Origin: Bacillus subtilis subsp. subtilis str. 168
Lineage (GTDB): Bacteria; Bacillota; Bacilli; Bacillales; Bacillaceae
Direction: 5' to 3'
NCBI RefSeq assembly: GCF_000009045.1
Contig: NC_000964.3
Location: 3,270,001-3,302,000 of the forward strand
Length of the DNA stretch: 32,000 nt
The notes under the pieces were generated by a model. That model saw nothing but the letters and a program-made list of their open reading frames with translations, had not been told where the DNA came from and searched no databases. Shown here in pieces: positions 20,289 to 29,717 of the stretch (the stretch's first letter is position 1; each line of letters opens with the position of its first letter). Both the position numbers and the translations under genes were made by a program.

Positions 20289-21485
20289 TCATATGTGATC
20301 CACGCCCATTGCCCGCAGCATTGTCCGAAACTTTGCGGACGTCTCCTGAAGCTCGTCCTCAGGCTTTGAACCGGCCACAACACCAGCTCCAGCATACAGG
20401 CGGAGTGAGCGTTCTTCTGCTTCTGCACAACGGATGGTCACGATCCATTCTCCGTCACCGGCATCGTCACACCATCCGACCATGCCGGTAAAGAAACCGC
20501 GGTCAAATGGTTCAATGCTGAGAATCGCTTCTCTTGCAAGATCAGTCGGTGTTCCGCAGACGGCTGGCGTCGGGTGGAGCGCCGCCGCCAATTCAAGTGC
20601 GGTTACAGACGGGTCGGAAAGCTCTCCCTTAATCACGCTGGACAGGTGCCACATCGTTTCCGTTTTGATCAGTGAAGGCTTCTCCGGAACCTCCAGCGTC
20701 CGGCAGAAAGGTCTCAGCGCTGCCGCAACCGCGTCAGCGACAACCGCGTGCTCATGAAGATCCTTTGCGGAAGAAAGCAATTCAGCTGCCCGGCGCTGGT
20801 CTTCAACAGGATCATTACTGCGCGGTCTTGAGCCGGCTAATGGGTTGGAAACGACCTGTGTTCCCATCCTTGAAACGAGAAGCTCCGGACTTGCTCCGAG
20901 CAATGTTCTGCGGGGAGACGTTTCCTCCTGACTGGACACGTCTGCGGCAAACGTGTAGCCATGCGAGTTATGCTGAGCCAGATGGCGAAGCAATTCATCC
21001 GTCTGAATCGGTTCAGGCGATGTCAAATGCAGCGATCTGGACAGGACGATTTTGCTGAGTGTTCCATCGGCAATGCGTGCCAGCCCTTGTTCAACACCAT
21101 TTTTATAATCCTCAGGTTCAGGAACAGGCTTTATGTGGTATGTATGCCCAGCCTGCTGTTCCTTTTCCTCATGATCAAATTGAAGCGGTCCTGACCAGCG
21201 CACTTCTTCAGGTACAACGAGCCGCGCTGCTTTTACTTGATCAAAAGGAACGGCCCCGACAACAAGCGGCCGGCTTTGCCCTGATTGTTTTGCCTGACGT
21301 AACGCCTCTGCAATTCGGCCAGAAAGGGTTTCCATTTGGTTTTGCCCGTCTGCCTCCGGTACAATTTCACATATGCCTTTCGCTAACAGTACACGATGAG
21401 GAGACGCTAAGAAAAAGGCGCCCGGCTGATATTCATGAAGCAAATGCTCCGCTTTTGTTTCTGTTATAACGTTTTGATCCAACAT
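20289..21485 (-). CDS. dhbC: Isochorismate synthase DhbC, 398 aa
   Basis: The start was set at ATG 21485 ([11 protein letters not shown]...), 9 nt after AGGAGG; the track ATG at 21491 is only 3 nt from the SD. The chorismate-binding family C-terminal region is readable. Confidence 0.94.
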   Translation of the reverse strand: MLDQNVITETKAEHLLHEYQPGAFFLASPHRVLLAKGICEIVPEADGQNQMETLSGRIAEALRQAKQSGQSRPLVVGAVPFDQVKAARLVVPEEVRWSGPLQFDHEEKEQQAGHTYHIKPVPEPEDYKNGVEQGLARIADGTLSKIVLSRSLHLTSPEPIQTDELLRHLAQHNSHGYTFAADVSSQEETSPRRTLLGASPELLVSRMGTQVVSNPLAGSRPRSNDPVEDQRRAAELLSSAKDLHEHAVVADAVAAALRPFCRTLEVPEKPSLIKTETMWHLSSVIKGELSDPSVTALELAAALHPTPAVCGTPTDLAREAILSIEPFDRGFFTGMVGWCDDAGDGEWIVTIRCAEAEERSLRLYAGAGVVAGSKPEDELQETSAKFRTMLRAMGVDHI

Positions 21486-21510
21486 TCTCATGAACCTCCT
21501 TTAAATTCAG

Positions 21511-22296
21511 TTACACGCCTAAGGTCGCGCCGCCATCTACGCATAAATTATGCATCGTAATATGCCCTGCCTGGCCAGAAACCAAAAAGAGCACCGCATC
21601 CGCAATATCCGAAGGCTTGGCTAGTTTTTTGAGCGGGATCCCTGTTTTAAATGTCTCAAGTGATCCTTTTATGACTTGCTCCGCTCCATTCTCGTCGGCC
21701 CATAATGACCACTGCATGTCTGTTTCCGTTGATCCGGGAGATACAATGTTGCAGCGAATATTGTATTCTGCAAGCTCAAGGCCAAGGCATTTCGTAAACA
21801 TCACAGCCGCAGCCTTTGAAGACGCATATGCCGCCATAGATGTTCTTGGTACACCGGCAGCATTCGATCCGACTGTTACAATCGAACCCGATCTTCGGTC
21901 CATCATATATTTGCTGACTGAACGCGAGGCGTTAAATACGCCAGTCGAATTCACTGAGAACGTCGCCTCCCATTCCTCATCGCTAAGCGAATGGATCAGT
22001 CCCGGGCGAAGGACACCCGCTACATTCACTAAAATATCAATCGGCCCCATTTCACGTTCGATGCGCGCCGTGATCTCGTCAATCGCCGCGCTGTCTCTCA
22101 CATCCGCAGGAAAAGCTTCTGCATGGCGGCCTTCTGCTTTGAGGCTGCTCACAACCTTTTCCAGCTTTTCAGGATTATAATCAACTGCCGCAATATGTGC
22201 GCCTTGACTGGCAAGCGTCCGCGCAACAGCTTCGCCTATTCCTTGGGCAGCCCCTGTTATAAAAGCAATTTTTCCCTCTATACCCTTTGCATTCAT
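21511..22296 (-). CDS. dhbA: 2,3-dihydro-2,3-dihydroxybenzoate dehydrogenase DhbA (SDR), 261 aa
   Basis: The start was set at ATG 22296 (MNAKGIEGKIAFITGAAQGIG), which has an AAAGGAA SD. The SDR TGxxxGIG and YxxxK (YASSK) motifs are present. Confidence 0.94.
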   Translation of the reverse strand: MNAKGIEGKIAFITGAAQGIGEAVARTLASQGAHIAAVDYNPEKLEKVVSSLKAEGRHAEAFPADVRDSAAIDEITARIEREMGPIDILVNVAGVLRPGLIHSLSDEEWEATFSVNSTGVFNASRSVSKYMMDRRSGSIVTVGSNAAGVPRTSMAAYASSKAAAVMFTKCLGLELAEYNIRCNIVSPGSTETDMQWSLWADENGAEQVIKGSLETFKTGIPLKKLAKPSDIADAVLFLVSGQAGHITMHNLCVDGGATLGV

Positions 22297-22377
22297 ATCA
22301 TCAATTCCTTTCTTCGCTCTAAATGCCAAACAGACATCCAGCGAAAAAGACTGCTGCGCCTTGAAAAACGCAATCTA

Positions 22378-22400
22378 TTGATAATGATTATCATTATCAA
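22378..22400. promoter_or_regulatory. Fur box of the dhb operon
   Basis: TTGATAATGAT-T-ATCATTATCAA is a perfect 11-1-11 inverted repeat. Positions 22380-22398 equal the classical 19-bp Fur consensus GATAATGATwATCATTATC. It can also be read as two overlapping 7-1-7 sites (22379-22393, 22386-22400). Confidence 0.9.
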
Positions 22401-22411
22401 TTATAAAAATA

Positions 22412-22440
22412 ATCATATCCAAATGTCATGTGACAGTCAA
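22412..22440 (-). promoter_or_regulatory. SigmaA-type promoter candidate of dhbA
   Basis: On the minus strand: TTGACT (22440-22435), a 17-nt spacer, then TATGAT (22417-22412). The Fur box starts 11 nt downstream of the -10 element. Confidence 0.6.
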
Positions 22441-22476
22441 ATATAATTTCAGTGACAAATATTTTTTTAAAGGCAA

Positions 22477-22495
22477 GGCTGAGTATGTCTCAGCC
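22477..22495 (-). terminator. Weak terminator-like hairpin at the besA stop codon
   Basis: GGCTGAG (22477-22483) pairs with CTCAGCC (22489-22495) across a 5-nt loop. The trailing tract on the minus strand is only TTGCCTTT. Confidence 0.3.
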
Positions 22496-23359
22496 CATTG
22501 ATAGATGCGGTCCGTCAGGGTGAAGCGCAAAACGCAGCGCCCTGCTGACCAAAACAGGAAGAACTGAAATATGTCCTTCTCCTGAAAACTCGCAAAATTC
22601 TGCCCGTATACCTTGTTCAGATAAAACGGCCAGCCGCTCATAAAGCTCCCTTGCATTATCATTCATCCGGCTTTTATGATGCTGCTCTAATTCTCCTGCG
22701 GCAAGCAGGATATTGATAGGCTGATTGTTTTTCTTGGTGAGAGAGACGAAATGGTCCGTTTTCTTGAGAATAAACGGTTTATTCCAATGAATGGACGGAC
22801 TTCCCGCGATATACGTTTGAAACGCATCGGGCTTTGTTAGCAGCACCTGCAGCACGAAAAGCCCTCCGAGCGAATGGCCAAAGATTGTTTGTCTTTTTTT
22901 ATCAATCTGGTAATCTCGTTCTATCTCCGGTTTTAAATCCTCTTCAATAAATCTGAAAAAGCCCTCCGCTCCGCCATGCTCCGGCCATTCTCTGCCGTCG
23001 GGCCTTTCCGGCAGCTTCGATTGGGCTGTTGGCATTGTAAAATCCCGGTGGCGTGCTGAGGAGAACGGCTCCGCTGTCTCATAGCCAATGCCGACGATCA
23101 CTGCAGGGATCACCCCGGTTTTTTCGGGTCGGCGTCCCTGTATTCGAACGGCTTCCGTCATCGTTCCGAAGACAGAATTGGCATCCAGCAGATAAATCAC
23201 AGGATAACCAGCGGGTGGCGGCGGCGTACTAGGTTTCGAGATAAAAATGTGATAGGTACGGTTTTCATTGCGTGAAGACATCATACGCACTTCCGTACCA
23301 GGAATCGTAAATGCGTTTGATGTCCCGCCATTTGTCCGGTCTGTTGTTTGTTCTTTCAT
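22490..23359 (-). CDS. besA: Ferri-bacillibactin esterase BesA (YuiI), 289 aa
   Basis: The start was set at ATG 23359 (MKEQTTDRTNGGTSNAF...); the 289-aa length matches my recollection of BesA. An alternative ATG 12 nt upstream (MSYCMKEQ) cannot be excluded. It has an esterase-D/alpha-beta hydrolase GHSLGG nucleophile elbow. Confidence 0.88.
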   Translation of the reverse strand: MKEQTTDRTNGGTSNAFTIPGTEVRMMSSRNENRTYHIFISKPSTPPPPAGYPVIYLLDANSVFGTMTEAVRIQGRRPEKTGVIPAVIVGIGYETAEPFSSARHRDFTMPTAQSKLPERPDGREWPEHGGAEGFFRFIEEDLKPEIERDYQIDKKRQTIFGHSLGGLFVLQVLLTKPDAFQTYIAGSPSIHWNKPFILKKTDHFVSLTKKNNQPINILLAAGELEQHHKSRMNDNARELYERLAVLSEQGIRAEFCEFSGEGHISVLPVLVSRALRFALHPDGPHLSMG

Positions 23360-23400
23360 GCAGTACGACATTCCTCTCCTTAAACTAAACCGCAATGTAT

Positions 23401-23419
23401 GATAATGATTTTCACTATC
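23401..23419. promoter_or_regulatory. Fur box of besA
   Basis: GATAATGATTTTCACTATC matches the 19-bp Fur consensus at 17 of 19 positions. Confidence 0.75.
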
Positions 23420-23434
23420 AACTAGACACCTCAA

Positions 23435-23463
23435 ATAATAGGTTTTCTTCCAAAGAAAGTCAA
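23435..23463 (-). promoter_or_regulatory. SigmaA-type promoter candidate of besA
   Basis: On the minus strand: TTGACT (23463-23458), a 17-nt spacer, then TATTAT (23440-23435). The Fur box starts 15 nt downstream of the -10 element. Confidence 0.55.
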
Positions 23464-23473
23464 CTTTTTCCCG

Positions 23474-23506
23474 AATAAAAAAGGCACCTTGATCAAATAA
23501 GGTACC
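23474..23506 (-). terminator. Intrinsic terminator of yuiH
   Basis: On the minus strand GGTACCTT (23506-23499) pairs with AAGGTGCC (23490-23483) with one G-U pair and an 8-nt loop, followed by TTTTTTATT. Confidence 0.7.
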
Positions 23507-23572
23507 TGCAGACTATCAATATGGAAGTAAAAACCTAATAAAGATGCGTATTGTCCTATTTGAAATAGAACC

Positions 23573-24169
23573 TTAATCCCATGTAAACCTTTGATTTTGC
23601 CAAGGGTCGCCTCTCATGTGATAGCCATTCCGCTCCCAAAAGCCAGGGTGATTTTCTTTCGTAAATTGGATGCCGCGCAGCCACTTGGCGCTTTTCCAAA
23701 AATACAGATGCGGAAATACACCCCGCAGCGGAAAGCCGTGTTCAGGGGTTAAAGGTTCGCCATTATGCGCATAAGCCAGAAGGGAAGTTTCCGCTAAGAA
23801 ATCATCAAGCGGCAGATTGGTCGTCCAGCCCTCTTCAGCATGTAAAATGACGTAGCCCGCTTCTTCTTTTACACCCGCTTTTTCCGCTATATCACAAGCC
23901 CGCACGCCTTGCCACACATTATCAAGCCTTGACCATCCCGTGACGCAATGAATGTCGTTTTTCGATTCATACCGTGGAAAGGCTTTGACATCTTCAAAGC
24001 TTAGCAGCATCGGATGGTCAACCAAACCGTATACTTGAAGATTCCATTTCGTCATATCTTCGTAATATGGGACATCTCCGGTATGAAGCACAGGAAATGA
24101 AGTGGTGACGTTTTGATTTGGCGGCACTCTTCCAGATTGATCGGACTGTCTTGTTTTTCCGAAATACAT
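23573..24169 (-). CDS. yuiH: Molybdopterin-binding oxidoreductase (sulfite-oxidase/YedY-like catalytic domain) YuiH, 198 aa
   Basis: Track ORF with SD AAGGAGG (24181-24175). A Moco-domain-like segment surrounds IHCVTGWSRLDN. Recognised as YuiH. Confidence 0.85.
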   Translation of the reverse strand: MYFGKTRQSDQSGRVPPNQNVTTSFPVLHTGDVPYYEDMTKWNLQVYGLVDHPMLLSFEDVKAFPRYESKNDIHCVTGWSRLDNVWQGVRACDIAEKAGVKEEAGYVILHAEEGWTTNLPLDDFLAETSLLAYAHNGEPLTPEHGFPLRGVFPHLYFWKSAKWLRGIQFTKENHPGFWERNGYHMRGDPWQNQRFTWD

Positions 24170-24182
24170 ATGGGCCTCCTTT

Positions 24183-24213
24183 TTGTTAACCTAATTTAAA
24201 ATCATGTTGACAA
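24183..24213. promoter_or_regulatory. BirA-operator-like imperfect inverted repeat in the yuiH-bioYB divergent region
   Basis: TTGTTAACCTAAT (24183-24195) and the reverse complement of ATCATGTTGACAA (24201-24213) match at 10 of 13 positions. The TGTTAAC-type half-sites resemble the Bacillus BirA signal as I recall it. bioYB/yuiG is a known BirA target. Confidence 0.5.
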
Positions 24214-24235
24214 TCTTTTTGTTCTTTATTACTCT
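24207..24235 (+). promoter_or_regulatory. SigmaA-type promoter candidate of bioYB
   Basis: Consensus TTGACA (24207-24212), a 17-nt spacer, then TACTCT (24230-24235). The -35 element lies inside the right operator half-site. Confidence 0.4.
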
Positions 24236-24269
24236 ATGATTGTGTATGTCAACCTAAGGGGGAACAACG

Positions 24270-24872
24270 ATGAAACAACGTAAACTTCGTGCGGGAGATA
24301 TGGCGCTGATTGGCATGTTCGCCGCACTTATGGCTGTCGGGGCCAACATTACATCAGTAGCACCCTTTTTACAAGTAGCCGGCATTCCGCTTTCGATGCA
24401 GCCGTTTTTCTGTCTCTTGGCAGCTTTGCTTCTTGGCAGCAAACGGGCAGCGATTGCCATGATTGTATATGCACTTGTGGGATTGGCCGGAGCGCCTGTG
24501 TTTGCTCAATTTTCAGCAGGCTTCGCACCGTTTGCAGGGAAAAGCGGCGGGTTTATTATCTCATACATTCCGGCAGCATTTGCAGCGGGATGGTTTTTAG
24601 AACGAAACATTCAGCCAAGTAAAATTCGATTTCTCATTGCTTCACTTATCGGAACGGCGATCATGTATCTCATCGGCACTACCTATATGTATCTTGCACT
24701 GAAGCTGTGGATTCATACGCCAGTGAGCTACGGCACGGCTTGGGGCTTTATGATTTGGTTTATGGTAAAAGATACAGCGCTGGCTGTGATACTGTCGTTT
24801 ATCGCACCAGCAATCTACCGCTCTATTCATAAAGCAACCGGCTTTAACAGAAATCACATATCATCTACGTAA
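24270..24872 (+). CDS. bioYB: BioY-family biotin transporter S-component (YuiG), 200 aa
   Basis: Track ORF with SD AAGGGGGA 7 nt upstream. It is polytopic and hydrophobic throughout. Recognised as YuiG/BioYB. Confidence 0.9.
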   Translation: MKQRKLRAGDMALIGMFAALMAVGANITSVAPFLQVAGIPLSMQPFFCLLAALLLGSKRAAIAMIVYALVGLAGAPVFAQFSAGFAPFAGKSGGFIISYIPAAFAAGWFLERNIQPSKIRFLIASLIGTAIMYLIGTTYMYLALKLWIHTPVSYGTAWGFMIWFMVKDTALAVILSFIAPAIYRSIHKATGFNRNHISST

Positions 24873-24899
24873 AAACCGTTCTATTGGACGGTTTTTTTA
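24871..24899 (+). terminator. Intrinsic terminator of bioYB
   Basis: CCGTTC (24876-24881) pairs with GGACGG (24886-24891), extended by A/T pairs, followed by TTTTTTT. Confidence 0.7.
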
Positions 24900-24907
24900 T
24901 CATAACG

Positions 24908-24941
24908 AGAAAAGGCTCCCCAGTAAAGGGGAGCCTTTTTC
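24908..24941. terminator. Hairpin terminator downstream of yuiF (also usable on the + strand)
   Basis: GGCTCCCC (24914-24921) pairs with GGGGAGCC (24928-24935). It is flanked by AAAA on the left and TTTTT on the right. The yuiF stop is at 24942-24944. Confidence 0.65.
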
Positions 24942-26270
24942 CTATAAAACAAGCGCTGCAATCCAGCCAAAGATGACAAGCGGAATATTATAAAATATAA
25001 ATGTCGGCACACAAGTATCCCAAATGTGGTGATGCTGGCCGTCCGCACTCAAACCTGAAGTCGGCCCAAGCGTACTGTCACTGGCAGGTGAACCGGCATC
25101 GCCAAGCGCAGCAGCAGCCCCGATAATCGCAATCGTTGCCATCGGGCTGAATCCAAGCTGCATGCATAGAGGCACGAAAATGGTTGTGATAACAGGAATG
25201 GTCGCAAAAGAAGATCCGATCCCCATTGTAATTAATAAGCCGACAATGAGCATCAGCAATGCGCCCAAGGACTGACTGTGTCCGATAAAACCAGCTGACG
25301 TTTTGACCAGTGACTCGACATCTCCGGTTTTCGTCAATACGTTTGAAAATCCGGCTGCAACAAGCATGACAAAGCCGATAAAGGCCATTAAAACCATTCC
25401 ATCAGTAATCAGTGAGTCCGCTTCATCACGCTTCATCACACCGCTGACAAACAGAACAATCAGACCAGCGAGCGCCCCCATAATCATTCCTTCTACTCCC
25501 AAAGTCTGAGATAAGTAAAGCTGGACGCCGAGTGACACAACAATGGCTAGAACCGCGATACCAATACTTTTTCTCGTATATGGCGATGCTTCTGCACCTG
25601 AAATGTCTTTTGTTTCATATTGTTTCGGTTTACGGTATACGATCACTGATAAAATAAGGCCGACAACCATACCTGCAACTGGAATAATCAGTGCGTACGG
25701 AATATCAGCAAGCGGAACGTTTAACCCGGCATCCGCCATATTGTCCTTCAGCATGCCTTGGAAGATTTGGCCGAAACCGACCGGAAGCAAAATATAAGGA
25801 GCCGTTAAGCCAAATGTAATTACACACGCGATCAGACGGCGGTCCATTTCAAGTTCATTAAAGATTTTCAAAAGCGGCGGAATCAGCACCGGGATAAACG
25901 CGATGTGAACCGGAACGACGTTTTGCGAAAAACAAGATACAATTAAAATAATCAGCACAATCAGCACCTTAGACAGTGCTTTTTTTCGAGAATCTTCTTT
26001 ATTTCCGATTAATTTAACGGAGGCTTCCACCATTGCGTCCGGAAGACCCGTTTTCGTCAAAGCGGCGGCAAACGCGCCAAGCATGGCATAGCTAACTGCA
26101 ACGGTGGCATTTCCGCCGAGACCGTCTGTGAAAGCTTTAACCGTTTCGCCAAGACCGAGCCCGCCTGTTAACCCGCCGGCCAAGGCGCCTATAATTAATG
26201 CGATAACAATATTGACACGCAGCAGGCTTAATACAAGCATAAGCAGGACTGCGATGACGACTGCATTCAT
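24942..26270 (-). CDS. yuiF: NhaC-family polytopic membrane transporter YuiF, 442 aa
   Basis: The start was set at ATG 26270 (MNAVVIAVLLMLVLSLL...), which has SD GGAGGGG 8 nt upstream. The track's extra 24 codons have no SD. Many TM segments are visible. Confidence 0.88.
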   Translation of the reverse strand: MNAVVIAVLLMLVLSLLRVNIVIALIIGALAGGLTGGLGLGETVKAFTDGLGGNATVAVSYAMLGAFAAALTKTGLPDAMVEASVKLIGNKEDSRKKALSKVLIVLIILIVSCFSQNVVPVHIAFIPVLIPPLLKIFNELEMDRRLIACVITFGLTAPYILLPVGFGQIFQGMLKDNMADAGLNVPLADIPYALIIPVAGMVVGLILSVIVYRKPKQYETKDISGAEASPYTRKSIGIAVLAIVVSLGVQLYLSQTLGVEGMIMGALAGLIVLFVSGVMKRDEADSLITDGMVLMAFIGFVMLVAAGFSNVLTKTGDVESLVKTSAGFIGHSQSLGALLMLIVGLLITMGIGSSFATIPVITTIFVPLCMQLGFSPMATIAIIGAAAALGDAGSPASDSTLGPTSGLSADGQHHHIWDTCVPTFIFYNIPLVIFGWIAALVL

Positions 26271-26373
26271 GATGATACCCCTCCAAAAATCCTTTAGTTT
26301 GCTAATGTAGTAGATAAATAAAGTACGAACGTATCGTATCATAACCGATCCACTTTAGTCAACTAAAGATTTC

Positions 26374-26414
26374 GGAAGAAAAAATCCCTGCCGCATCATA
26401 CAGCAGGGATTTTT
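26374..26414 (-). terminator. Intrinsic terminator of pepA
   Basis: ATCCCTGC (26384-26391) pairs with GCAGGGAT (26403-26410). On the minus strand it is followed by TTTTTCTT. Confidence 0.75.
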
Positions 26415-26416
26415 CA

Positions 26417-27919
26417 TTACTCGTTTTTATCTTCTTCCAATGTAAATCGCTCCGCAAGTGTAGCCAGTGTTCTTGCCATAACGCCAGTAGCCCCGGCCGG
26501 TCCGAAGCAGGTTGCTTTATTGGCAGTCGCTGTGCCTGCAATATCAAGGTGAACCCAAGGTGTTGACTCAGCGAATTCACCAAGAAACGTTCCTGCCATA
26601 ATCGCATGTCCCTCGCGTCCCGGTGAATTGCTGAGATCCGCCATTTGGCTGCTTTTCACGCGTTTTTTATCCTTCTCTGTTATCGGCAGCTGCCAGATCG
26701 CCTCGCCGCACTCTTGTGCAGCATCAGCTACCTGCTGGTAAAAGCTTTGATCATTTGTCATTGCACCGGTTGTTTCTGTTCCTAATGCCACAACGACGCC
26801 GCCGGTAAGCGTAGCTACATCGACAAGAACTGATGCGCCATGCTGTTTCGCGTATGTAATGCCATCTGCAAGCACTAGCCTTCCTTCAGCATCCGTATTA
26901 AGGATTTCTATTGTTTTTCCGCTTAAAGATACGATCACGTCATCCGGCTTCATGGCCCCGCCGGAGATCATATTATCGGTTGATGGAATAACGCACAGCA
27001 CGTTTTGTTCAGGACGAAGCTCTCCGATCGTTTCCATAGCCCCGAGAACCGCAGCTGCTCCTCCCATATCTGATTTCATGCCAACAATTCCAGATTTCGT
27101 TTTAATGGAGTAGCCGCCTGTGTCAAAGGTAATTCCTTTCCCGACTAGTCCGACGACGTCTTCCCATTCCTTTTTGCCCTGATATTTCAACACAATCATT
27201 TTCGGCGGTTCGGTGGAGCCTTGGTTTACCGCAAGTATTCCGCCCATACCGAGCTCTTCCATCTCTGATTTCTCCAATATCTCACACTCAAAATCATATT
27301 TCGCCGCAAGCTCTTCAGCATACGAAGCGAGGTCAGTCGCTGTCAGCATGTTTCCCGGCATATTCACAAGCGTTCTAGCCGAATTTGTCCCTTGTCCGTA
27401 TGCCTGGCCGACGCGAAGCCCTGCCTGCACTTCCTGTGTATCTTCATCTGTTACAACATACACGGCTTCAATTTGTTTGTCAGGCTCATTTGATTTATGC
27501 TTATAATCCTGCACCTCATAGGAAGCAAGCAGGCAGCTCTCAGCTAAAGCATGAGCGGCATCGGCTGGAGGCACGTCTTCCGAAATAAACGTATCAAGCA
27601 GAACAGCAGTTTCTTGTTTTCGATCTTTATGAATGGCTTGAAAAACATGAGCAAAACGTTCCTTCGCCTGTTCAAACGAATAATTTGCTTCTCTCCCCAG
27701 GCCAACGAAATAAATCCGTTTCATACCCGCAGAAGATGGAGGGAATACTTTTGATACTTGATTCGGTTTCGCAGAGACATCACCCTCTTTTAAAAGCTGT
27801 GTCAGATGGCCTTCGAGCATTTCATCAATTTCCAACGCTTTTCCTGTCAGCTGGCTTTTTTGAAAAAGCCCGACAACAAGGGTTTCTGTATGCTCTGATT
27901 GTTGAACCGCATAAAACAT
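26417..27919 (-). CDS. pepA: M17 leucyl aminopeptidase PepA (YuiE), 500 aa
   Basis: The start was set at ATG 27919 ([19 protein letters not shown]...), which has AGGAG 10 nt upstream. The M17 motifs [11 protein letters not shown] and NTDAEGRL are present. Confidence 0.92.
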   Translation of the reverse strand: MFYAVQQSEHTETLVVGLFQKSQLTGKALEIDEMLEGHLTQLLKEGDVSAKPNQVSKVFPPSSAGMKRIYFVGLGREANYSFEQAKERFAHVFQAIHKDRKQETAVLLDTFISEDVPPADAAHALAESCLLASYEVQDYKHKSNEPDKQIEAVYVVTDEDTQEVQAGLRVGQAYGQGTNSARTLVNMPGNMLTATDLASYAEELAAKYDFECEILEKSEMEELGMGGILAVNQGSTEPPKMIVLKYQGKKEWEDVVGLVGKGITFDTGGYSIKTKSGIVGMKSDMGGAAAVLGAMETIGELRPEQNVLCVIPSTDNMISGGAMKPDDVIVSLSGKTIEILNTDAEGRLVLADGITYAKQHGASVLVDVATLTGGVVVALGTETTGAMTNDQSFYQQVADAAQECGEAIWQLPITEKDKKRVKSSQMADLSNSPGREGHAIMAGTFLGEFAESTPWVHLDIAGTATANKATCFGPAGATGVMARTLATLAERFTLEEDKNE

Positions 27920-27961
27920 GAGGCTTACACTCCTAACGTAATGGGTATTTGTAATGAACAA

Positions 27962-27970
27962 TGGTATAAT
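27962..27970 (+). promoter_or_regulatory. Extended -10 promoter element (TGgTATAAT) upstream of yuiD
   Basis: TG at 27962-27963 and TATAAT at 27965-27970. No good -35 element. It would give a ~100-nt leader. Confidence 0.35.
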
Positions 27971-28076
27971 AGGAAAAACATTCTTTCCACTATACTTATT
28001 TTAACAAACAACAGTCTAAGACTTGCTTTTTTCTTTTGAAACACGAAGGATTTTTCAAATAGAAAGGATGTCGCCG

Positions 28077-28551
28077 ATGGAACTTTTAACGAATTTTCCT
28101 TTATTATCAAGCCTGGCCGCAATTATTTTTGCTCAGGTCATCAAAGTGCCCATACAGTTTATCGTGTCCAGAAAACTGGACTGGTCGCTGGTCACAAGCA
28201 CAGGCGGCATGCCTAGCTCTCACTCCGCAGCGGTCACTGCGCTTTCTACAGGCGTAGCCTTGGAGCATGGATTAGACTCCTCACTCTTTGCGGTTTCCGC
28301 CATTTTCGCCGTCATAACCATGTTTGACGCAACTGGCGTCAGACGTCACGCCGGTGAGCAGGCAACAGTCATTAATAAGCTTGTTATTGATTTTAACCGT
28401 TTCGTAAATGAAGCGAAGGACTTCCCTAAGGCTGCAGAGAAAGAAAAGCAAAAAAAGCTGAAAGAGCTTCTCGGACATCAGCCGATCGAAGTCTTTTTCG
28501 GAGGATTAACAGGTATTTTACTGACATTGGTACTCGCTTACTTTTTCATGT

Positions 28552-28553
<2 letters not shown>
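28077..28553 (+). CDS. yuiD: Membrane protein YuiD (DUF212, acid-phosphatase/haloperoxidase-related), 158 aa
   Basis: The start was set at ATG 28077 (MELLTNFPLLSSLAAIIF...), downstream of AAAGGA. A PAP2-like GGMPSSHSA motif is present. Confidence 0.82.
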
Positions 28554-29240
<687 letters not shown>

Positions 29241-29311
29241 TCACCTCTCCTCCGAATCATTGTTCCCAAGTGGAGAGAGCATTATTCAAAATGGTGAATG
29301 AGCTGAACGCA

Positions 29312-29340
29312 TAAAAAAAGCTTTCTTTAGAAGAAAGCGG
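29312..29340 (-). terminator. Intrinsic terminator of yuiB
   Basis: GCTTTCTT (29320-29327) pairs with AAGAAAGC (29331-29338). On the minus strand it is followed by TTTTTTT. Confidence 0.7.
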
Positions 29341-29343
29341 CAT

Positions 29344-29664
29344 TTAAAACATTTGATATCCTCTTTTTCTAAGCATGTTGATCGCTATACCGGACACGAT
29401 GGCGCCGGCCAAACCGCTGACTAAAATCAGCACATCAGCAGCCGCTAATGATAAGACACGATGAAACAGGCTGGCAAAGGATTCTCCCGGCGACTGGACA
29501 TAGCTGATCAGCTTTTCTTTGCTGATAATGAAAAGGCATACAATTGGATAAATCACAGCCATAATCCAAGACATTCTCAGCAGCATGTTTAATAAGAAAC
29601 CGATTCCAAAAAACAAGACAAAAAACAAAACAATTGAGATGATTACGACTGGCAGACTAATCAA
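29344..29664 (-). CDS. yuiB: Small integral membrane protein YuiB, 106 aa (TTG start)
   Basis: The start was set at TTG 29664 ((M)ISLPVVIISIVLFFVLFF...), with SD GGGGGGTGG 6 nt upstream. The 55-codon upstream extension in the track overlaps yuiA out of frame and is not hydrophobic. About 3 TM segments are visible. Confidence 0.78.
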   Translation of the reverse strand: MISLPVVIISIVLFFVLFFGIGFLLNMLLRMSWIMAVIYPIVCLFIISKEKLISYVQSPGESFASLFHRVLSLAAADVLILVSGLAGAIVSGIAINMLRKRGYQMF

Positions 29665-29717
29665 CCTATTCCACCCCCCTGCGTTGTTTTTAGTGTAACG
29701 CGGGGGCTGAAATAAAG

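Noticed and set aside
20261-20428. Track start of dhbE 56 codons upstream, overlapping the dhbC 3' end. There are similar over-extensions for yukE, dhbB, dhbC, dhbA, besA, yuiF, pepA, yuiD and yumB.
   Set aside because: In each case the longest-ORF start lacks an SD, while an internal ATG 6-11 nt downstream of a GGAGG-type SD gives the known protein length.
10519-22296. An impression that the dhb cluster is more GC-rich than its neighbours, which might hint at horizontal origin
   Set aside because: I cannot quantify composition reliably by eye, and the individual 60-nt lines I counted vary widely. A sliding-window GC and codon-usage calculation would be needed, so no claim is made.
18557-22446. 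Antisense ORFs in dhbE, dhbC and dhbA (18557-19057, 21059-21469, 21617-22180, 22123-22446)
   Set aside because: Same reasoning: they overlap well-supported minus-strand enzymes and give Ser/Arg/Pro-rich nonsense translations.
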